64,000 bases of DNA from Camelus dromedarius (GCF_036321535.1 NC_087472.1:92134001-92198000); one strand, 5' to 3'; positions 12,760 to 26,672 are shown, counted from the stretch's first letter. Numbers and translations are program-made. The notes: generated by a model not told the origin, from the letters alone.

Positions 12760-12876
12760 AAATTAAGATTTATAATTCATGATTGTATTTGATCACTGGT
12801 ATGACCCCAGCATCTTGAACTCTGTACGGCACAAAAGAAGAGTTTAACTGAAGTATATTAAATGAGTAAATGAATG
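12760..12876 (+). mobile_element. L2 3' end fragment
   Basis: tcactggtatgaccccagcatc...ggcaca...aaatgagtaaatgaatg. Confidence 0.6.
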
Positions 12877-14963
12877 CTTCTCATTCAAACTGTGGCCATT
12901 GAGGCTGGACCTGGGACAGGCATTTGCTAAAGGCATCCTGTTTGGCATAAGAACCCAGTCCAACATGGGCACTCTGTCCTACATAGTGATTAAGTGACCT
13001 TGGAAATCTTCTCTCTTGGACAGCTTGACAATGAGACAAACAGAAGGGTTAGCAAATAGCAGGGAGGCAGAAAAGAGATGCTATAACTATTTGGTAACCT
13101 GAAGCCATAAGCTAGACCAAGTAGTGAAGTACAGAGGAAAGAAGAGAAAACTTAGCAGTGGCAACCATAGTAGAAGGACAGCAAGTGTGCTTAATTTACC
13201 AGAATCATAAATATCAAGGGATTCTACCCTCTGGGAGATGTGTAAGAGTTTCAGATCTACCATACATGACACCCAGTTCACTTTCTACTGAGTCTCACCA
13301 GGGCTACTCAAATGATTGCCTGTTACCCTCAGTTTCCCATGGGTCTTATGGCCAACCACCATCAACCAAATTGTGGCTCTGGTTCTTGTGGCTGGAAAGA
13401 GCCCAAAACATCTCATTAATACATAACTCTGCCTAAGTTTTTTCCATTTTTATGTTCACAAAGTTAGGCTCACGTTATTCATTTATTTGACTCTAAAGCC
13501 AAGGACTTGATTTTTTTTTGCTTGTCTTCCTTGAGTCAGGTTCTCAGTCCTGCAACAGCATCTTCCTTATTTTTTTTACTGCTATCATCGGAGTCAGAGA
13601 AGATGGTTTGCCTATTATACATTTCAAGTTTTTGACAGCAGTGCCTATTTCTTTTACTCAATCTTGTAAGCTTTTGCAATCACCATGCTTATTTGCTACT
13701 TCCACTGCCCCCTGGGTCTTCAAATGCCTGCTCATTGCAACTTACTGTTAAAATCACAAAGTAGAAATCAACACTTTCTGGTCAGCTGAGTCACCTAGAG
13801 TCACCTCTAGGACACTGATTTTCCCTCTGTGCTCAAAAGATAAAACATCTTTTCCTCACAGTTTTAATAAATTAGCTCAGATCAGTTAAATATAGACAGA
13901 CTCCTGATAAGATTAATTTTTAAAGGAAAGCCAAATGTTTAAGGAAAGTCATGACCTTTCTACATATTGAATTAAGTATAAATGTCCATTGAAGCAAAGA
14001 AACTCTTCTCCAAGGTAAAAGACAAGACAAAACAAACAAATACATCATGATTTACAATAATTGAAGTGTATGAGTGTTCAGTTTCAGCCTCCCTTTGAAA
14101 CCCCCTTTATTGCTCCTAGGACTCTAGCATAAGATATGGAATTGCCAGTTTCACTACTTTGAATCCATCAACAATGCTAGCACTATAGGCAAATAAGTTG
14201 GTAATGACTAAGTAAAGTAGCCAGTTGGGATCTGAGACTTGTGTAGAAGCTGATGAAAACAAACAAATACCCAAGAGCTTCAAGCTTAAGTTCTACTTCT
14301 TCTTGTTCAGAGATCTCAAAACAAAAAGTTTCATTTAAGAGGAACCCTCAGAAGTCAATATTTAATCATAATCTCAATTTAAGTTATATTTGAAGAAATA
14401 ATGTTGTGTGATGAATAAACTGCAGTGAATGACCAGCACTTGAAATTTACAATCTGAAAATACAGAAATGAGTGTCATAAATTTCTGAACAGCTGTTGTC
14501 TAAAATCTGACTTGTAGATTACTAAGAAGGTAGGTACTATTTCTGGAATTCCAGGTATAATATCTCTGAGGAACCCTTTATTAACATTGAATTTAAAAAA
14601 AAACTCAGAATAACAGCTTTAATTTAGATGTTACTGAAATTCCAGTGTAACTGAAATTAATTTATTTAGAATTGAAAGAACTGGAATGACCCAAATATAA
14701 AGGCCAAGTAGGTTCTTATTTAGAAAGCACATTTGTAATATATAAAACTATATATGAGAATATCAGATAATCTCATAACAATTTATTATGTATCTATTTC
14801 TGTTGCACTTCATCTCTATTTTGGATTTATATAAATAGTTCTATTATTTTTATAAATTTTTATCATGATGTCATCTTTCTTAAGTTTCACAAAAACTTAA
14901 ATAACAGTAACTTTTTAAAAGTAAGGTTATTCACTTCTGCATTATAATCTAGCACATCCTGAC

Positions 14964-15101
14964 CGGTACACCATTTCACTTATCATACAGTGTACTGTAA
15001 TTGATAGGATGGTCATGTTCTGTCTTTCCAATAGTATCAACTACTTCCATGCCACTCTCAATAATGAATGCCTTTCCATCTGCTTTTCTGATTGCCATTA
15101 A
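14964..15101 (-). pseudogene. candidate exon of decayed gene
   Basis: Strong acceptor aacctctcttttgtag|; frame 0 reads LMAIRKADGKAFIIESGMEVVDTIGKTEHDHPINYSTLYDK then TGA at 14978-14976; weak donor CCG|gtcagg at 14964/14963. Confidence 0.35.
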
Positions 15102-15964
15102 CTACAAAAGAGAGGTTCACAGAGCAGCACAAACTTTGGAAGGTTTGGTGATAAAAATCTTGGGAGGAAAACAATATCCACAAGGAGTAGGCACTTTTAC
15201 TTTCTAATTCCCAAATTAGCAATAAGAACAAGTACAAATAGTCTCTGACAACATGTAAACCTATATTCATTTATGAGTAATAGCTCTACTTTCTTGAAAG
15301 TCACATTTTAGTCTTTCATTATCCAAATTTGTATTAATAATGACCTAATTCTTGACAATATGCCATCATTTCACTTTTGATCATGATTTTATTTTCCTCT
15401 TCTTTCGAAGTTTAACACTTTTTGCATTAAATGAGAGACTCACTAAGCACCCCCAAAATGCCCATCCTTTTTGTGCCTCTCTTCCCTGCCAGAATGGCCT
15501 CTATTATTTTCTCACTAGCCTGGCATCCATGAATAATTCATAACTTTCTTTTGTCAAACCCTTTCTTCAGAAAAAAAGTACTCACAGCTACCTTTCACCT
15601 TGAGGATTTAAGGAAATATAACTCTCCCAAAACCATGCCATTAAAGAAGATGAAAGCCTCCTTGTTTTTTTTCCCAAACACTCCACTCATTGGTGTAATT
15701 TGGCTGGTTTCCTTACAAAAGAAACATCTTTCCAAATATCTAAAACATCAGACAGCCAGCAATTTATTTGCTACCAACTTAGCTTGTATCAAGAAGGCAT
15801 CCCACATACAAAACACATTTCGTTTAGATTTTGATTGAGTATTTGCTATCCAGGGAAAAATTACTGTCTATGTATTTAAAATAAAGGGCTGAAAAGATTA
15901 CAAATTGTTTTCCTCAGGATGATTATGAATTTCCTGGTAACCCAGGATCAGTGATATTCAACTC

Positions 15965-16112
15965 TATATAAAGAACACCATGAAAAAATGCCTAAACTTT
16001 CTCTAGACCCAATGGATTAGAATCAGGGATGGGCTTAGGATTCTATCTATATTAATTAAAAGTTCCCCAAGGCAATTCTAATGCACAAACGGAATGGAAA
16101 ACCACTACTTTA
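15965..16112. mobile_element. MER5-type DNA transposon remnant
   Basis: aagttccccaaggcaattctaatgcaca...gaaaaccactacttta. Confidence 0.6.
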
Positions 16113-18079
16113 AGCAATACTCAATATATTTCCTTGTAAATATATATGTTTTAAAATTTAAGCTATTTTTAAAATTAAGCTAGCCCTTTTTAAAAAAACC
16201 TAGTATACATTTTAACAAGTAGTTCTCACACCATAGACTCAAACCACAACATACTCTCAGCTTTGGTATGGAAATATGATGACATATAACAAACCTTGTT
16301 TATATAGTATACACTCCTACAGTTGTCAGCATGGCCAAGTTACTCCCCTCCCCTCACCCTAGACACACATTCTTCATCCTTCCTAAATACTTTTTCTTCA
16401 GGAAAGCAGAAATGTGACACATATGGGTCATTCAATTGTTCAATTACTTGTTGAATAACCCCATCAAATGCCAATTACGTGCCAGGCTTGATATCAGGGC
16501 TCTGAGCAATGCAGAAAAAACTCATTATACAGTAGATCTCAATATCTTCTCACGCCATTGAAGGCACTGAAAAAGACAGACATGCATACAGGTAAGTTAC
16601 AGAATTATAAGGACTATACTGAAGTTTGAAAACATTTGAGGTATCACAAAAGATAAGGCTAGCCATCTTTTCAAGAATTCAAGAGACTGTCACAGGAATG
16701 TCACTGGACATGCACAAAGATGGAGGCAAAACCTGAGAAACTGTCCTGCTCATTTTTTTTTTCAAAATTTGGGAAAAAGGAAGGCAATTCTCTGCCTTGA
16801 AACAGGTGCACCAGTGGGATGTTAGCCTTCAGTTCAGGGTGCTTTAAATTTACACAGTTTGTAACTACTTATAAAATGGTTCCCTCACAGCCTTTTGCCT
16901 TCATTTGGAGACGTTCATAGAGTACTACAGGTCAAATATATATCACGGTGAAAAATTCTGAATGATGCTACAGCGTTGACTTAAAGTACATTTAAAAATG
17001 CAGGCATATGGCTATAATGGCATAATTTCTAATCCAAATGCTTTATAACATGCCTCATTTAGGATCAGATTCATGCCTGGCATGAATTAATGGGAAAAGC
17101 TGTTTCTGAATTATCCAAGTGTAACAGGTGGTCTGGCAGGCTCAGTTAAGGGGGTTTCTCAGTCTTACTGCCAGAGGTGTAATCTCTGGGTAGACTTTCA
17201 AGACCACCTGGATTCCCCAATATCTGTAGCAAAGGATTATTTCAATTGTTGTTTTAGAAAGCATTAAAAACCACTGTTTGAGAGGAGAGGGAAAAACACA
17301 GTGGAAAACAATGGACAGAATTAGTGAACACTTAAAGAAAGAATGTGTATGTGTGCTTGTTAACATGAGTATACACATGGTCTGCTCTCAGTAACCACAG
17401 TTTTATAGTAAATGCAGAATTATAATTTACATGATTGATTTTTGAGGCAGTCTTTGAAAAAAGCCCAAGGTGCATACACTGTTACACATTCACATGTGTA
17501 TTAGACGAACAAAGCTGATGCTAAGGCTAAAAATTGTGGCCTTCAGGACACTTACAGAAATCCTAGGATAGAACTTTAAATTGTAAAAGGAGTGAGTGGG
17601 TGAATAAACATACACCACCTGAGAGGATATATTGAATATACTTCAGTATATATTACAGTGTATTCTCTCAAGTGCAATGCTGAAGTGCTGGCTAGCAATC
17701 AGTCTGAGGTTATCTTTCTAATGAAGGCCTAGAAGGCTAAGTTTCCCTTGATCAAGAACACATTCAGCCACTATAGGAATTACCTTAAAGAAGTGTCAGA
17801 GTTGACATCATATGAACAATGTTGAGGGGCCAGACCACTGATGTCACCCAAATCTAAGACTCTTCATTTGTATATTTATCATGTATTACAATTTTGAACT
17901 CTTTCCCCCAAAGTTTACAAGGGTAAGTGATGTATCTGTTTTTGGTAACAGTGGGGGTCACTTGAATAATTGACTCTATCTTCTCTACTCTGAATTGGAT
18001 GGCCAGATTTACAGTCCAGTTCTCTTGTTTGATGATTTTTGTCAGGTTCACGGCATCTCATTCTACTAGTTAGTAGTTT

Positions 18080-19420
18080 AAAAGGCCACCCAAGAGCTCA
18101 AATGTAAAGAGCTTAGAAGTTATCGCTCCCATCTTTACAAGAAACAAGCTGAACAAACTAAAAAATCAATGATTTTTCTAGGACTCATCAAAAATTGAGG
18201 ACATAAAACAAACTTCCACCGTGAAACCTGGAGAGATAGGCAAATTCAGAGTCACAGCTGAGATTGCTTTACCTGAAAAAGCTGCTAGGAATAGTAACAC
18301 TTAAATGGTACTATCAAATGGTAATTTTCATAAATTACTGGAGGCTGAATGTGGATTAGCAGGGGAGACAAATTCTTGGAGGACTCCATGGTTTACTGGG
18401 TTTTACCTCCAGGAACCCAGGCCACGCATTCTCAGAGGAAAGAGCTGTGATAGTTCCCCCTGTGGCAGTGGCAGGGGGAAAGGAAGAGTAAAGATTATGC
18501 AATCAGTTCAGAGTGTTCTCAGTAACAAAAGCGTACTCTCCAGTGAGTAAACGTCACCTGAGTCCTACCCTGCCTAGGAGAAGGGCATTTTCCCAGCTCC
18601 AGGCCCTCTCCTTCTTTTTCCCTTCTCCAGCCATCCTATCTCACCTAACAAAACAAATAAAAAAGCTAAGATGCACTTGTGAATGTCACAGTCCAGGGAC
18701 ACAGGCCCAGTAAAAGACAGCTTTAATCTAAGATTATAGAATGCTTACCCTCCTCCACACTTTACCAACAAATTAACAGGGCTCCACTATATTAAGAGTG
18801 GATTAAATCTGAAAGAACTGAAACATGCAGACTCCATCTGAGGAATTCTTAGAGAAGACCAAAGAAAACTGACTAGAGGGCATAAGGGGAAATTGAAGCC
18901 TCTTGCACCTACAAGTAGAGCAAACATTAAAGACAGCGCAAAGCCTAGCCATATTAACATAAATCTCACACTGGAGGACTATCTACCTCAATTCTTATGA
19001 CCCCAATATAAAACGTATGGCTTTCAGCAAAAACTGTAAACAGTGCGAAAAGATGAGATAAAACAGTCTGAAGAGATAAAACAAACATCAGAACCAAATT
19101 CAGATATGACACAGATGTTTAAAGTACTAGACAATTTAAAATAACTAGGGAATTTAAAATAACTGTGATTAATATGTTAAGGGCTCTAATGGAAAAAGTA
19201 GACAACATACAAGAACAGATGAGTAGTAAGATGGAAACTCTAAAAAAGAATTAAAAGGAAATGGTAGAAATCAAAACCACTGTTACAGAAACGAAGAATG
19301 CTTTTGATGGACTCATCGACAGATCTAACAAAACCAAGGAAAGTTAACTGACTCTTTGTCAACAGGAAGTTCCCAAACTGAAATGCATAGAGATAAAAGA
19401 ATGAAAAAAAAAAAAAAAAG
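18080..19420 (+). mobile_element. old L1 5' UTR/ORF1 fragment
   Basis: aagaaacaagctgaacaaactaaaaaatcaa 5' motif; decayed ORF1 (aatatgttaagggctctaatggaaaaagtagacaacat...gaagaatgcttttgatggactcatc). Confidence 0.8.
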
Positions 19421-19638
19421 AATGAACTTAGTGCACCAGAATTTTAAGTTTAAAATAGTTTGCTAAAGGATTTAATAATACAATAAGCACAGATTTAGAG
19501 CATTTTCTAAAACGACTATTAGAATATGAGAAAAGTCATCACAACATTTAACTGATTTGATTCTATTATGCACTTTCTTAAGAGATAAACAGAAGAAAAT
19601 ACTTTTTAATTGCATTCTATATTTCTGGAGAAGTGTTT

Positions 19639-20410
19639 GTGTGTGTGTGTGTTTAAAATAGTATTTTTATTTTTTTAAAACATTTTTTATTGAGTTAGTC
19701 ATTTTACAATGTTGTGTCAAATTCCAGTGTAGAGCACAATTTTTCAGTTATACAGGAACATACATACATTCATTGCCACATTTCCTTTTGCTGTGAGCTA
19801 GCACAAGATCTTGTTTATATTTCCCTGTGCTATACAGTACAATCTTGTTTCTCCATTCTACATTTTGAAATCCCAGTCTGTCCCTTCCCATCCCCCACCC
19901 CCTTGGCAATCACAAGTTTGTATTCTATGTCTATGAGTCTGTTTCTGTTTTGTCTTTTATGTTTTATTTTGTTTTGTTTTTTTAGATTCCACATATGAGC
20001 GATCTCATATGGTATTTTTCTTTCTCTTTCTGGCTTACTTCACTTAGAATGACATTCTCCAGGAACATCCATTTTGCTGCAAATGGCATTATGTTGTCAG
20101 TTTTTATGGCTGAAGACTATTCCATTGTATAAACATACCACAGCTTCTTTATCCAGTCATCTATTGATGGACATTTAGGCTGTTTCCATGTCTTGGCTAT
20201 TGTAAATACTGCTGACGTGAACATTGAGGTGCAGGTGTTTTTTTTGAAGTAGGGTTCCTTCTGAATATATGCCCAGGAGCAGGATTCCTGGGTCATATAG
20301 TAAGTCTATTCCTAGTGTTTTGAGGTATCTCCATACTGTTTTCCACAGTGGCTGCACTAACCTGCATTCCCACCAGCAGTGTAGGAGGATTCCCTTTTCT
20401 CCACAGCCTC
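19639..20410 (-). mobile_element. young camelid L1 3' end (5'-truncated)
   Basis: ORF2 end ([12 protein letters not shown]) plus 3' UTR; 16-bp TSD ttctggagaagtgttt at 19623-19638 and 20411-20426. Confidence 0.95.
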
Positions 20411-20611
20411 TTCTGGAGAAGTGTTTTTAAACAATTTCTTCATCACCTTTCATAGCCAATCCATCAGCACTTAACGAATTTATGTCAAATCTGCCTACTT
20501 CTCTTTTTCTCCTTTTCTAACATCCAAATCTAAATGATCATCATCTTTTGCCTGGACTACTGAGATGGCTTTCGCTCATTATAGATCCACTTCCATCAAT
20601 TCTATATTGCC

Positions 20612-20680
20612 TGAAAAATTATGCTGTACACCAGAAATTAACACAACATTGTAAATTGACTACACTTCAATAAAAAAAAT
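20612..20680 (+). mobile_element. very short L1 3'-terminal insertion
   Basis: tgctgtacaccagaaattaacacaacattgtaaattgactacacttcaataaaa; TSD aattcta(t/c)a(t/c)tgcc at 20598-20611 and 20681-20694. Confidence 0.85.
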
Positions 20681-21494
20681 AATTCTACACTGCCATGAAA
20701 GAGAACTTTTAATAGTATTATTTAGTTTAGAGAAAAAAGTCTAGAGAAGTAGAAAGCTATGAATTTTTAAAATAAAGCTTTGTGTTTATAAGCAAAAGTA
20801 TTGAGAATATGCTTTTCATTTTTTAATAGGGCAGTGATCTGGAATACATATACCTTATTTGGATTGAGGAGAATTTTAAATATTAAATGAGAGATGCTTT
20901 TTTATGCACTAAAATGTATTACACTAAAAGAAGTTGTAAAATAATAACTTGGTATGTTGAGAAGAATTTTATACATCAAATTCGTTGTTAATGGTGAGAA
21001 CTTTTAGACACTGAAATTTATTACCTAAAAGAGGTTGTGAAATCATAGCTTGAAATGAATGTCTTTAAAACAGGAGAAATATCTAGAGGTTTTATGATTC
21101 CCAGAAGGAATAATTGTATAACATACAATTCTGGATACAATGATTTAAAATCATTAGACCTGAGTGTTTTAAAGACTTCTGATAGCTGAAAAATGGAGTT
21201 GTAATATTGTTTGCCTTACATAATCGTTATGGCAAAAGTTAAAAGACAAACCAATTTAAAAAATTTTAAGTGCCATTTTTACTTAAGGAAGTCAAGCTTT
21301 TATTCCAATATATTTAAAATTCCCTAAAAAGCATTATTCTACCTAGAAGGACACATGCATAACAAGTTTTCCACTGTTGCAGTAAATAGTTGGCTCTGTT
21401 TTCCTATTGTTAAAACTTCTGTAATCAAAAAGGATATTCCCATTTCTCTATACAATATATGCATAGGAAAAAAACATACAAATAAATAACTCAC

Positions 21495-21712
21495 TGGTTT
21501 CACTTTCTTGCCAAGAATTCCAGTAGATGGTTTCCAGGGATATAAAAGTCTATTCATTTTAAAGAAGCTTCACGTATCATGTAATTTATTGAAAATAAGG
21601 ACTTTGTAATATTTTGGAAACCCCTTGAAGAATGAAGGCAACCAGTTTACTGCAGTCCATGTCTGTAGACTTTATTTCTCATTGGACTTCCATTGAAGAG
21701 TATTATTACTAT
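21495..21712 (-). pseudogene. candidate exon (218 nt, phase 1 to 0) with two in-frame stops
   Basis: Good donor CCA|gtgagt, weak acceptor actatacag|; reads SNNTLQWKSNEK*SLQTWTAVNWLPSFFKGFPKYYKVLIFNKLHDT*SFFKMNRLLYPWKPSTGILGKKVKP. Confidence 0.3.
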
Positions 21713-22430
21713 CTGTATAGTAATAATCTTTTTTCTTCTTATTGAAATAAATCATCATATAAGTTCAGTTAAACAATTTATCCTAAGGAATTTTATTTGA
21801 TTTACTTTGAAAGAAATAGTGGGTTTATTTTTTATCTAGGAGACTATTATTGAGAATTTTAATGGAGAAAATGCAATCATTAAAATCAAATGCATTTATT
21901 AAGTGGGTGCTAAATGAGTAAATTCCATGTTGGTAAGCATATTCCACATAAAAGCTTTCATTTTATAATTTCCATTTTTAAATAATAATTTATATTAGTT
22001 ATAGAAATGTTTACATGCTGGCATAGCTTATTGGGGTGATCATAATACATAAATAAAATGTTAACATATGGATAAATTTAATAGATATATTTCTAACTTA
22101 TTTCTTGAAGCCATTCATACGTCTAAACTTAAACCCAATCTGGCTTTTATGAGCAAGTATAAACCTGTGCTCTCTACATAAGAAAAAGACAGCATTGACA
22201 ACCTGTCCAGTAAGAAAAAAGCTAAAACCAAACCGGATTATCAAAGCTAGTTTCACACAGATTAAGTGTCTCTTGTCGGCATAAAACACAAAGCATCATA
22301 TGAAAAGTAAAACATCTAAGATGCTTTAACTGCTCTCTTCATTTGCATATGCCAGGAACAAGGTAGGGTCAAAGGACAGGTGTTTTCTTTTAGATCTTAT
22401 TTGCCAGAGCTGCAACACTAATGAACTTAC

Positions 22431-22496
22431 AGTGTGGCTGGACTTGAAATGGGACAAGTGTACTACTTGTATAGCCAAAGATTGTAAAAGGTAAAA
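22431..22496 (-). pseudogene. candidate 66-nt exon with strong splice sites
   Basis: Acceptor gtttttttttccag|, donor ACT|gtaagt; open in phase 1 (LPFTIFGYTSSTLVPFQVQPH) and phase 0 (FYLLQSLAIQVVHLSHFKSSHT). Confidence 0.45.
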
Positions 22497-23179
22497 CTGG
22501 AAAAAAAAACTTTGTTGGAAAGCAGAGAAGGAAATGAGCATTAATATGATTAATGACAATCTATTTTTTAGAATATTTTGCAGAATTTATTTTGAAATCT
22601 TATTCAGAAGAATGTGACACAGAGTGACTGTCAATAGGGAATTGATGTGGATTCTCCTGTGTTTAAGGACAACTTGTACGCCACACCTTCTCCCTAGAGT
22701 TGAAAGAAAAATGTACTCTACTCAAATTACTGACAACAATTCAAAACAAAGATAATTATGGTTTCACACTATGCTTGCCTTGTCTCATATTCACACTTTG
22801 ATTTAAGTTCATGTTCTTTATTGAAATACAAATTGTGTTTAAGATAGCAACATAATGGTGGTCTTAACAAAGAGAAGATAATGTTGAATCTGTTTGGATT
22901 CATCAGTTAGATCATTAAAGCCATAGATTCAAGAGGAAGGTTTACTAGGGGATCTTTTATGGTACTATGAAACATTAAAGTCTTTTACTATATGTAATAA
23001 AAGAATCGGCTTTTGAATATTACTTTTAAATTTAGACTAGAATCAGAAATATTATTGGATTCTCTGACTTCACATAGTCATTTTTCAAAGTGAATTCCAT
23101 TGAACATTTAGTTCACAAGATAGTACTAGATGTTAAATGAAAAAAGGATCCTATAGTCCTATACATTTAAGAAATAGTG

Positions 23180-24320
23180 CATATTTAATTTTTTGAGGAC
23201 CTTCCATACTGTTTTCCATAGCGGCTGCGCCATTTTACCTACCAACAGTGTAAAAGTGTTCCAATTTCTCCACATGCTCACCAACACCTGTTGTCTTTTG
23301 TTTTCTTAATAATAGCTGTACTAAAAGGTGTAGGTAAGATCTCACTGTGGTTTTGATTTGCATTTTGCTAATTATTAGTGATATTTTCAGATACCTATTG
23401 GCCATTTATACATCTTCTTTGAAAAATGTCTATTCAGGTCATTTGCCTATTTTTAAACAGGTTATTATTATTATTTTTGCTGTTGAATTGTATGAGTTCT
23501 TAATATACTTTGTCAGATACATATTTTGCAAATATTTATTCCCTTTCCACAGGCTGCTTTTTCATTGTGTTGATTGTTTCCTTTGCCATGAAGAAGCTTT
23601 TTAGTTTGATATACATTCATTTGTCTGTTTTTGCTTTTATTGTTTGTCCTTCTGGTGTCATATCCAATAAATTACTTCCAAAATCAATGTCATGAAAGTT
23701 TTCCCTTGTTTTCTTTTAGGAGTTCTAGAATTTCAGGTCTTAGATTTAAGTCTTTAATCTTTTTTAAGTTGATTTCTGTGTGGGGTATAAGGGTCCAGTT
23801 TCATTCCTTTGCATATGGATATATAAGTTTCCCAGCACATTTGTTGAAAAAAAAAAACTACCCTTTTCCAATTGTATATTCTTGGCACTCCTGTCAAAGA
23901 TCAGTTTATCAAATGTGTGTGGGCTTATCTCTAGACTTCTATTCTGTTTCACTGGTCTATATATCTCTTTGACAAATGGATGAACCTGAAGGACATAATC
24001 TAAGTGAAATAAGACAGTCACAGGAAAAATACTACATGATTCCACTTACATGAGGTACCTAAAATAGTCAAAGTCATAAAAACAGACAGTAAAATGATGG
24101 TTGCCAGGGACAGGAGGGAGGAGGAAATGAGGAGTTGCTGTTGAATGGTAATAAAGTTTTGTGATGCAAGGCAAGTTCTAGAGATCTATCAAACAATAAT
24201 TGTGCTTTTACTTAACAATACGGTATTGTGCACCTAAAATTTTGTTAAGACGGTAAATCTTATATTAAATGTTCTTATCATAATAAAAAACGAAAGGAAG
24301 GAAGAAAAGAAAGAAAGAAA
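23180..24320. mobile_element. older L1 (L1MA8/9-like) with inverted 5' part: about 23180-23968 antisense, 23969-24320 sense
   Basis: Antisense ORF2 3' region abuts a sense 3' UTR (ggatgaacctgaaggacataatctaagtgaaataag...aaatgttcttatcataataaaaaa). Confidence 0.85.
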
Positions 24321-24436
24321 AACTGCTTAAAATGACTTTCTTAAAGCTTTTCATATTCAAATCCATATGGTTGAACTGGGGCATAGTGAGGGTGAAGGAA
24401 AATGGTATGAGGTATTAATTAATTTGTTCCAGCATT

Positions 24437-24964
24437 GTATTAGGGATTCCAGAAACAAAACCAAAGGGATATATACAAATACATACAAGAGGAGATTCAT
24501 TATAAGAAGTAGCTTAGGTAATTTTGGAGACCTCCAAGTTCTAAGATCTGCTGTCTGTAAGCTGGACAACCAGGAAAGCTGGTGGTGTAATTCAGTCTAA
24601 GTCCAAAGGTCTGAAACCTGGGGGGCCAAAGGTATAGATCTGAAACTGAAGAGCTGAGAATCAGGGTATGATGGTGTACATCCTGGTCTGGGTCTAAAAG
24701 CCCGAGAAATAGAAGCATTGATGTCCAAGAGCAGGAGAAGATAAATGTCTCAGCTCAAGTGTTACCTTTGCTCTATTTAGGCCCTCAGTGCATTGGATGA
24801 CACCCAGTGACATCAGTGAGGCCAGACTTTCTTTACTCAGTGCACAGATTCAAATGTTAATCTGTTCCAGAGACACCATCACAGACACACCCAGAAGTAA
24901 TGTTTTACCAGCTATCTGGGCATTCCTTAGCCCAGTTAAAATGACACATAAAATTTACCATTAA
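24437..24964 (-). mobile_element. ERVL solo LTR (MLT2)
   Basis: Begins tgtattaggg; ggtggtgtaattcagtctaagtccaaagg; ends cagacacacccagaagtaatgttttaccagctatctggg...gacacataaaatttacca. Confidence 0.9.
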
Positions 24965-25967
24965 AACCATGGAACCCTTTTCTTTCCAAGCACATGCCAT
25001 AGGTTAAGAGTTTAGTTAATGCTGCTGAAGATGAAAAGAAAAAGAACCCAGATATTTTAAAAATAGGTCAAATAGTAATTTCTCTATTATAATGATTAAT
25101 AGTTTAAAGAAAATATTTCCCAAGAGTTTAAGCGCAGAACTAATTTTCCCCATAGTTTTCCCCTGATTACCAAATCATGGAAAGCACCCCTTTCATTATA
25201 TAAAGAGTTTTGTAATATATATCTCCTATGCTTTCCCCTAACTCCTACTTATCCATTCAAATCTTTTCCTAACCTCTTAAATCAAAAATATATACACAAA
25301 TACATATTTAAAGTTTAGTCATTTTCACACTTGAGAACTGTTTCCCTTCTTTATCATTCTAAAATGATCAGAAGAAAATTTTTTATAAAATTGCTCAGGT
25401 CCAAATATGTTTTGAGATTCAAGAAGAAAAAGTATGCATCTTTTAAATTAATAAATTTTGATATTAGATACTGACTTACAGCCCTTTACAGGGAAGTATA
25501 ATTTGCCTCCTCAATGATATAATGGTAATTTATCTTACAAACAAGTTGTTTAATATCCTGACCACTAACATTTTTCATTCTTTGTTATTTTATTAAAATT
25601 TGCTTTATATATATGCAACATATCTTCACATTTTTTCTGACATACTTATTTCCTTATCTTTGCCCTGAATATTACATAATGATAAAATTATTTTTTCATT
25701 ATATTCTTTTCTTCTTTAGCTTTCTACTTTCCCTGAGAAATGGATCAATTTGGAGTAGACATGCCATGAATATATATTTCTTCTCTATATCTCATTTGTA
25801 AAATCAACATGGATATCACTTGTAAATAGTTAACTTTTGAAATACTGATATTTGTAATCCATTAATGTTTCCTTGAAGTGATCTTCATTCTCACTTATGT
25901 TAGTGCTTTTTTGTAGTATACCATAAACAGTAGACTTCTTTTATTTCTATTTTAAAATTTTCTCTCA

Positions 25968-26511
25968 GCCAAGACACGGAAACAGACTAAATGCCCATCA
26001 ACAGATGACTGGATAAAGAAGATGTGGTACAATGGAATACTATTCAGCCATAAAAAACGACAACATAATGCCATCTGCAGCAACAAGGATGTCCCTGGAG
26101 AATGTCATTCTAAGTGAAGTAAGCCAGAAAGAGAAAGAAAAATACCATATGAGATCGCTCATATGTGGAATCTAAAAAAAAATAAAAAGGAAGAATATAA
26201 ACACAAAACAGAAACAGACTCATAGACAGAATACAAACTTGTGGTTGCCAAGGGGGAGGCAGGTGGGAAGGGACAGACTGAGAGTTCAAAATTTGTAGAT
26301 ACTGACAAGCATATGCAGAATAGATAAACAAGATTATACTGTATAGCACAGAGAAATATATACAAGATCTTGGTAGCTCACAGTGAAAAAAAATGTGACA
26401 ATGAATATATGTATGTTCATGTATAACTGAAAAACTGTGCCCTACACTGGAATTTGACACAACATTGCAAAATGACTATAACTCAATAAAAAAAGTTTTT
26501 TTTAAAAAAAA
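25968..26511 (+). mobile_element. young camelid L1 3' end
   Basis: Same 3' UTR as the copy at 11690-12190; aataaa and A-rich tail; no TSD evident. Confidence 0.95.
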
Positions 26512-26517
26512 GGATGT

Positions 26518-26672
26518 TTACTCATCTGAAAGCTGAGAATAACAGTATCTACTTAGTGAGGTTCTCATAGGAATCAACAAAGTTAATATAGGTAAAATCT
26601 ATGTAGAACAATGCCTGGTACAAACATAGAAAGAGCTTAATACAGGTTACCTATTATTATTATTCTTATTAT
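26518..26672 (+). mobile_element. MIR SINE 3' half
   Basis: ctcatctgaaagctgagaataacagtatctac...agaacaatgcctggtaca...ctattattatt. Confidence 0.8.

Noticed and set aside
17047..17087. Palindrome attcatgcc-t-ggcatgaat and nearby CATG cores resembling a p53 element
   Set aside because: Only a 9-bp arm and a poor match to two adjacent RRRCWWGYYY decamers; compatible with chance
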